Shown piece by piece: positions 57,601 to 64,000 of a stretch of DNA of 64,000 nt. The stretch lies in assembly GCF_009914755.1 (NCBI RefSeq), contig NC_060940.1. One strand, written 5' to 3'. Made by a program: the position numbers and the translations under genes. Below the pieces are notes generated by a model. The model ran no database searches. It worked only from the letters and a program-made list of their open reading frames with translations, and was not told where the DNA came from. Origin of the DNA: the human T2T-CHM13v2.0 reference genome, Homo sapiens. Numbering within the stretch: position 1 is the stretch's first letter; every line of letters begins with the position of its first letter.

Positions 57601-60600
57601 GATTGCCATCGATTCCATTCGATCACTCCATTCTATTCCATTTGATGATGATTACATTCGATTCCATTTGATGATTCCATCTGATTCTATTCGAGGATTC
57701 CATTTGATTCCATTCGATGATGATTCCATTCGAGTGCATTCGATGATTTCATTCGAGTACATCCAATGATTCCATTCGAGTCCATTAGATGATTCCATTT
57801 GATTCCATTTGAAAATGATTCTACTAGAGTCCATTCAATGACTCCATTCGAGTCCATTCAACAATTCCATTCGACTCCATTCGATGATTCCATTCGATTC
57901 CATTTGATGGTACCATTCGAGTCCATTTAATCATTACAGTCGAGTCCATTTGGTGATTCCACTGGATTTCTTTTGATAATGATACCGTTCAATTACATTT
58001 GATGATGATCCCATTCAACTTCATTTGATGATGATTCCATTAGAGTCCATTCGATGATTTCATTCGAGTCCCTTCATTGATTCCATCCGATTTCATTGGA
58101 TGATGACTCCATTCGAGTCCATTCGATGATTCCACTCGATTCCATTAGATGACTCCATTGGAGTCCATTTGATTGTTCCATTCGATTCCATTCGATTCCT
58201 TTCGAAGATTATTCCATTTGAGTCCATTCGATGATGATTCCATTCCATTCCATTCGATGATTCCGTTTGATTCCATTCGATGATTCCCTTCGATTCCTTT
58301 CTTTGATGATTCCATTCCATTCCATTCAATGATTCCATTCGAATCTATTCCATGATGATTCCTTTCGATTCCATTCGCTGATGTTTCCGTTCAATTCCAT
58401 TCGATGATGATTCCATTCGATTCCATTCATTGAGGATTCCATTTGATTCCATTCAATGATGATTCCATTCTATTCCATTCAATGATTGCATTCAATTCCA
58501 TTCAATGATTATCCCATTAGAGTAAACTCAACGATTCCATTCAATACCATTCGATGATGATTCCTTTTGAGTCCATTCAATGATTTCATTCAAGTCCATT
58601 TGATGATTCCTTTCAATTCCATTCTATGATGATTCCATTCGAGTCCATTCGATGATTCCATTCGATTGCATTCGATGATTCCATTATATTCCATTCAACG
58701 GTGATTCCATTCGAGTCCATTCCATGATTCCATTAGAGTACATTTAATGATTGCTTTGTTTTCAATTCGAAGATGATTACATTGGATTCCATTCTATGAT
58801 ACCATTCGATTCCATTCAATGATGATTCCACTCAAATCCATTGGATGATTCCATTCGTGTCCATTCGGTGATTTCATTAGATTCCATTCGAGGATGATTC
58901 CATTCGATTCCATTCGATGATTCCATTCAATTCCATTCGATGATGATTCCATTCCAGTCCATATGATCATTCCATTTGATTTCATTCGATGATGATTCCA
59001 TTCGATTCCTTTCGACGATTCCATTCTATTCCATTCGATGATGATTCCATTCGAGTCCATTCGATGATTCCATTCGAGTCCATTTAATGATTCCATTGGG
59101 TTCAATTCAATTATGATTACATTGGATTCCGTTCTATGATTCCATTCAATTCCGTTCATTGACAATTTGATTCCATTCGATGATGATTCCATTTGAGTTC
59201 ATTCGATGATTCTATTCGATTCTCTTCGATGGTGATTCAATTCTATTATATTGGATGATTCCACTCGATTCCATTTGATGATTATTCCATTGGAGTCCAC
59301 TTAGTGAATCCTTTAGATTCTACTCGACGATGATTCCATTCGAGTCCATTCGATGATACCATTCAATTCCATTCGTTGATGCTTCCATTCAAGTGCATTC
59401 GATGATATCATTCGATTCCATTTGATGATAATTCCATTTGATTCCATGCGATGATTCTATTCGATTCCATTCAATGATAATTCCATTCAATTCAGTGATT
59501 CCTCTGGACTCCATTTGATGATGATTCCATTCAATGATTCCATTCGATTCTATTCGAAAATGATTCCATTTGAACCCATTTGATGATGATTCCATTAGAT
59601 TCCATTTGATGATTCCATTCGATTCCATTCGACGATGATTCCATTCGATTCCGTTTGATGATTCCATTCTATTCTATTCGACGATGATTCCATTCGATTC
59701 CATTTGATGTTGATTCAATTCGATTCTATTCGATGATGATTCCATTGGATTTCACTTGATGATTCTATTCGATTCCATTCAATGATGATTCACTTCTCGT
59801 CCATTGGATGATTCCATTTCATTCCATTCGATGATGATTCCATTCGATTCCATTCGATGATTCCATTTGATTCCATGCGACGGTGAGCAATTCGATTCAA
59901 TTCCATGATGATTCTATTTGATTCAATTAGATGATGTTTCCATTCGAATCCATTCCATGATTATTCCATTGGAATCCATTCGGCGATGATTCCATATGAG
60001 TCAATTCAATGATGATTCCATATGGGTCCGTTCGATGATAATTCCATTTGATTTCATTCGATGCTTCTATTCTATTCCAGTCGATGATGATTCCGTTGGA
60101 GTCCATACGATGATTCCATTTGATTTCATTTGATGATGATTCCATTCGATGATGATTACATTGGATTCCATTCTATGATTCCATTCAATTCCATTCGTTG
60201 ATGATTCGATTCCATTCAATGATGATTCCATTTGAGTTCATTCGATGATTCTATTCGATTCCGTTCGATGGTGATTCAATTCTATTATATTGGATGATTC
60301 CACTCGATTCCATTTGATGATTATTCCATTGGAGTCCACTTAGTGAATCCTTTAGATTCTACTCGACGATGATTCCATTCGAGTCCATTCGATGATACCA
60401 TTCAATTCCATTCGTTGATGCTTCCATTCAAGTGCATTCGATGATATCATTCGATTCCATTTGATGATAATTCCATTTGATTCCATGCGATGATTCTATT
60501 CGATTCCATTCAATGATAATTCCATTCAATTCAGTGATTCCTCTGGACTCCATTTGATGATGATTCCATTCAATGATTCCATTCGATTCTATTCGAAAAT

Positions 60601-61182
60601 GATTCCATTTGAATCCATTTGATGATGATTCCATTAGATTCCATTTGATGATTCCATTCGATTCCATTCGACGATGATTGCATTCGATTCCGTTTGATGA
60701 TTCCATTCTATTCTATTCGATGATGATTCCATTCGATTCCATTCGATGATGATTGGATTCGATTCCATTTGATGATTTCATTTGATTCCATTCGTTAATG
60801 ATTTCGATCAATTCCATTCGATGATTCCATTTGATTCCATTCGATAATGATTACATCCGAGTCCATTCGATGATTCCCTTTGAGCCTGTTCGATAATTCC
60901 ATTTGAGTCCAACCAATGATTCCATTCATTTCCATTCAATGATTCCATTCGAGTTCATTTGATCATTCCGGTAGGGTCCATTCGATGTTGATTCCATTGG
61001 AGTGCATTCGATGATTCCATTCGAGTCCATTTTAGGATTTGATTCGAGTCCTTTCGATGATTCCATTCGATTCCACTCGATGATGATTTCATTCGAGTCC
61101 ATTCGACACTTCCAATCGATTCCATTTGATGATTCCATTCGAGTCCAATTGATGATTCCATTCAATTCCTTTCGATGATGAT
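54642..61182 (+). repeat. Macro-unit 10 (6541 bp; A-type with a 429 bp internal insertion)
   Basis: Landmark 54427 to 60968 is 6541 = 6112 + 429; the same ORF occurs twice (59389 and 60428). Confidence 0.92.
59254..59682 (+). repeat. 429 bp ectopic copy of the unit segment found at 60293-60721
   Basis: The normally once-per-unit strings GGAGTCCACTTAGTGAATCCTTTAG and GATTCCTCTGGACTCC appear twice, 1039 bp apart. Confidence 0.9.
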
Positions 61183-64000
61183 TCCGTACGATTCCATTCT
61201 GTGATGATTCCATGTGATTGCATTCAATGATGATTCCTTTCGATTGCATTCGATTATGATTCATTTCGTGTTCATTCTATGGTTCCACAGGTTTCCATTC
61301 GTGTCCATTCCATTATTCCATTCTATTCCATTTGATGATGATTCCATTCGATTCCATTCATTGGTGATTCCACTCAATTCCATTCAATGATTCCATTCCA
61401 TTTCTTTCAACAATGATTCCATTAGTTTCTAATCGATGATCCACTTGATTCCATTTGACGACGATTCCATTCTTGTCCATTCGATGATTCCATTTGATTC
61501 CATATGATGATGATTCCATTCGATTCCATACCATGATGATTCCATTCGAGTCCATTCAATGGTGATTCCATTCAATTCCATTCGATGATTCCTTTCGATT
61601 CCATTCAATGATGATGGCATTCGATTCCTTTCAATCATTCCCTTTGATTCCATTCAAAGGTGATTTCATTCAAGTCCATTCGATAATTGCATTCGATTCC
61701 ATTCTATGATGATTCCATTCGAGTCCATTTGATGATTCCATTCAATTCAAGTCAATGATGATTCCATTCGATTCCATTCGATGATTCCATTGGATTCCAT
61801 TCGATGATGATTCCATTCAAATCCATTCGATAATTCAATTCAAGTCCATTCGATGATGATTCCAATCGAATCCATTCAAAGATTCCATTCAGTTCCATTC
61901 GATGATTCCCTTAGATTCCATTCGATGATTCCACTTGATTGCATTTACGATGATTCCATTCGATTCCATGTGATGATTCCATTGAATTCTATTCAATGAT
62001 GTCTCCATTTGATTCCATTCGACCATGATTGCCTTTGATTCCATTCAATGATTCCATTCGGTTCCGTTTGATGATGATTCCGTTCGATTCCATTTGATGA
62101 TTCCATTTGATTCCATTGGATGAGTCCATTCGATTACATTCGATGATTATTCCATTCGAGTGCATTAGATGATTCCATTCGAGTCCATTCGATGATTCCA
62201 TTCGATTCCATTCGATGTTGATTCTGTTCAAATCCATTCGATGATTCCACTCGATTCCATTCGTTGACTCCATTTGATCCCATTCGATGATTTCCTTTGA
62301 TTCCCTTTGATGATCATTCCATTTGATTCAATTCGGTGATTTCATTTGATTCCATTCAGTGATGTTTCCATTCGACTCCATTCGATGATGATTCCATTCG
62401 ACTCCATTCGATTATGATTTCATTCAATTCCATTCGATAATGATTCCCTTCGAGTCCATTCGATGATTCCATTCGATTCCATTCAACGATGATTTGATTC
62501 GTGTCCATTCGATGATTCCATTTGATTCCACTTGATGATGATTCCATTCGAGTCCATTTGATGATTCCATTCAATTCCATACTCCGATGATTTCTTTTGA
62601 GCCCACTCAATGCTTCCACTCGATTCCATATGATGATGACTCCATTCGATGAAATTCGATGATGATTCCATTCGCTTGCTTTCGATGATGATTCCACTTG
62701 AGTCCGTTAGAAGATTCTATTCAATTACATTCCATGACGATTCCGTTCGAGTCCATTTGATGATTCCATTAGACTCCATTCGACGATGATTCCATTCGAT
62801 GTTATTCCATGATTCCATTCGATCTCATTCGATGATGATTCCATTCAACTCCATTCGATGTTTCCATTCGAGTTCATTCTATTATTCCATTAGATTCCAT
62901 TCGATGATGATTCCATTCGATTCCATTTGATGATTGCATTCTATTTCATTTGATGATGATTCCATTCGAGTCCACTCGATGATTCCATTCGAGTCCATTT
63001 AATGAATCCATTGGTTTCAATTCTATGATGATTACATTGGATTCCATTCGTTGATGATTTCATTCGGTTCCATTCAATGATGATTCCATTCAATTCCTTT
63101 CAATGTTTCCATTCAATTCCATACGATGATGATTCCATTTGATTTGATTCGACAGTGAGCCATTCGATTCAATTCCATGATGATTCTATTTGATTCAATT
63201 GGTTGACATTTCCATTCGATTCCATTCGATGATGATTCCCTTTGATTCCGTTCCAAGATGATTCCATTCTAGCCCATTCAATCATTCCATTCGATTCTAT
63301 TCAATGATGATTCCATTCATGTCGATTTGGTGATTCCATTTGACTTCATTTGATGATGATTCCTTTCAAGTTCATTAGATGATTCCATTCGATTCCATTT
63401 GATGATGATCCCATTCGAGTCCATTCAGTGATTCCATTCGTTTCCATTCCATGATGATTCCATTCCTTTCCATTCAATGATTCCATTCGATTCCGTTTGA
63501 TGATGATTTCATTCGAGTCCATTTGATGATTCCATTTGATTCCATTCGATGATGATTCCATTCGAGTCCATTCGATGATTCTATTCGAATCCATTTGATG
63601 ATTTCTTTTGATTATATTTGGTGATGATTCCATTGGAGTCCATTCAATGATTCCATTCTATTCCAATCGATGATGATTCCATTAGAGTCCATTTAATGAT
63701 TCCATTTGATTCCAGTCTCTGATGATTACATTCGAGTCCATACGATGATTCCACTCAATTCCATATGATGATGATTCCATTTGATTCCATTCGGTGATTC
63801 CATTCTATTCTATTCAATGGTGATTCCATTCGAGTACATTAGATGATTCCATTCGATTCCATTCAATGATGATTCTATTTGTGTCCCTTAGATGATTCCA
63901 CATGATTCCATTAGATGATGATACTATTTGAGCCCATCCAATGATTCCCTTCGATTCCATTCGATGAGGATTCCATTCGATTCAATTCATTGGTGATTCT
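61183..64000 (+). repeat. Macro-unit 11 (partial, A-type, runs off the window)
   Basis: ORF series 61358 to 63346 matches unit 10 at offset 6541. Confidence 0.92.

Larger units (their letters stand above)
1..64000 (+). repeat. Human satellite 2 (HSat2/HSATII) pericentromeric array, ~6.1 kb macro-period, probably the HSat2B type of chr16
   Basis: Continuous CATTCGATTC / CATTCGAGTC / GATGATGATTC motifs with abundant TCGA, which distinguishes HSat2 from pure (CATTC)n HSat3. No non-satellite insert and no strand switch seen. The family call is secure; the subfamily/chromosome call rests on the recalled ~6.1 kb period (about 0.7). Confidence 0.97.

Noticed and set aside
176-63633. Many 60-132 aa minus-strand ORFs rich in MESSNGIEWNH-like repeats
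   Set aside because: They are direct translations of the GAATG/GAATC strand, which supplies frequent ATG while the + strand has TGA in all frames. They are low complexity, overlap in several frames, and are made or broken by random SNPs between units. No evidence of coding.
1-64000. CRISPR-like or other repeat-spacer array
   Set aside because: There is no constant direct repeat with unique spacers and no cas or other genes; the intervening sequence is the same satellite and recurs every 6.1 kb.
1-64000. Inversion, or embedded Alu/L1/alpha-satellite
   Set aside because: No switch to GAATG on +, no poly-A tails or target-site duplications, no 171 bp monomers or CENP-B boxes seen. All length differences are explained by satellite-internal indels.

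Overview
The whole 64 kb window is one uninterrupted, single-orientation array of human-type classical satellite 2 (HSat2/HSATII). It is built from diverged CATTC pentamers in ~23-26 bp motifs such as CATTCGATTCCATTCGATGATGATTC, with the CATTC strand on +. These motifs are organised into a ~6.1 kb tandem macro-unit: about 10.5 copies of 5715, 6112, 6112, 6112, 6122, 6122, 6112, 6122, 6112 and 6541 bp plus a partial copy, measured from recurring unique landmarks. A ~6.1 kb period fits the large HSat2B array of the human chr16 pericentromere; this is recalled knowledge and was not checked by alignment. I see no genes, RNA genes, transposons or CRISPR array, and all listed ORFs are translation artefacts of the GAATG strand. 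I found no new protein-coding or enzymatic system. What is notable is the record of satellite evolution: two interleaved unit haplotypes (A 6112 bp, B 6122 bp), a ~12.2 kb dimeric higher-order duplication, a 429 bp templated insertion, microhomology-bounded deletions and conversion-like shared variants. There is also a dense periodic array of DUX4-type motifs.
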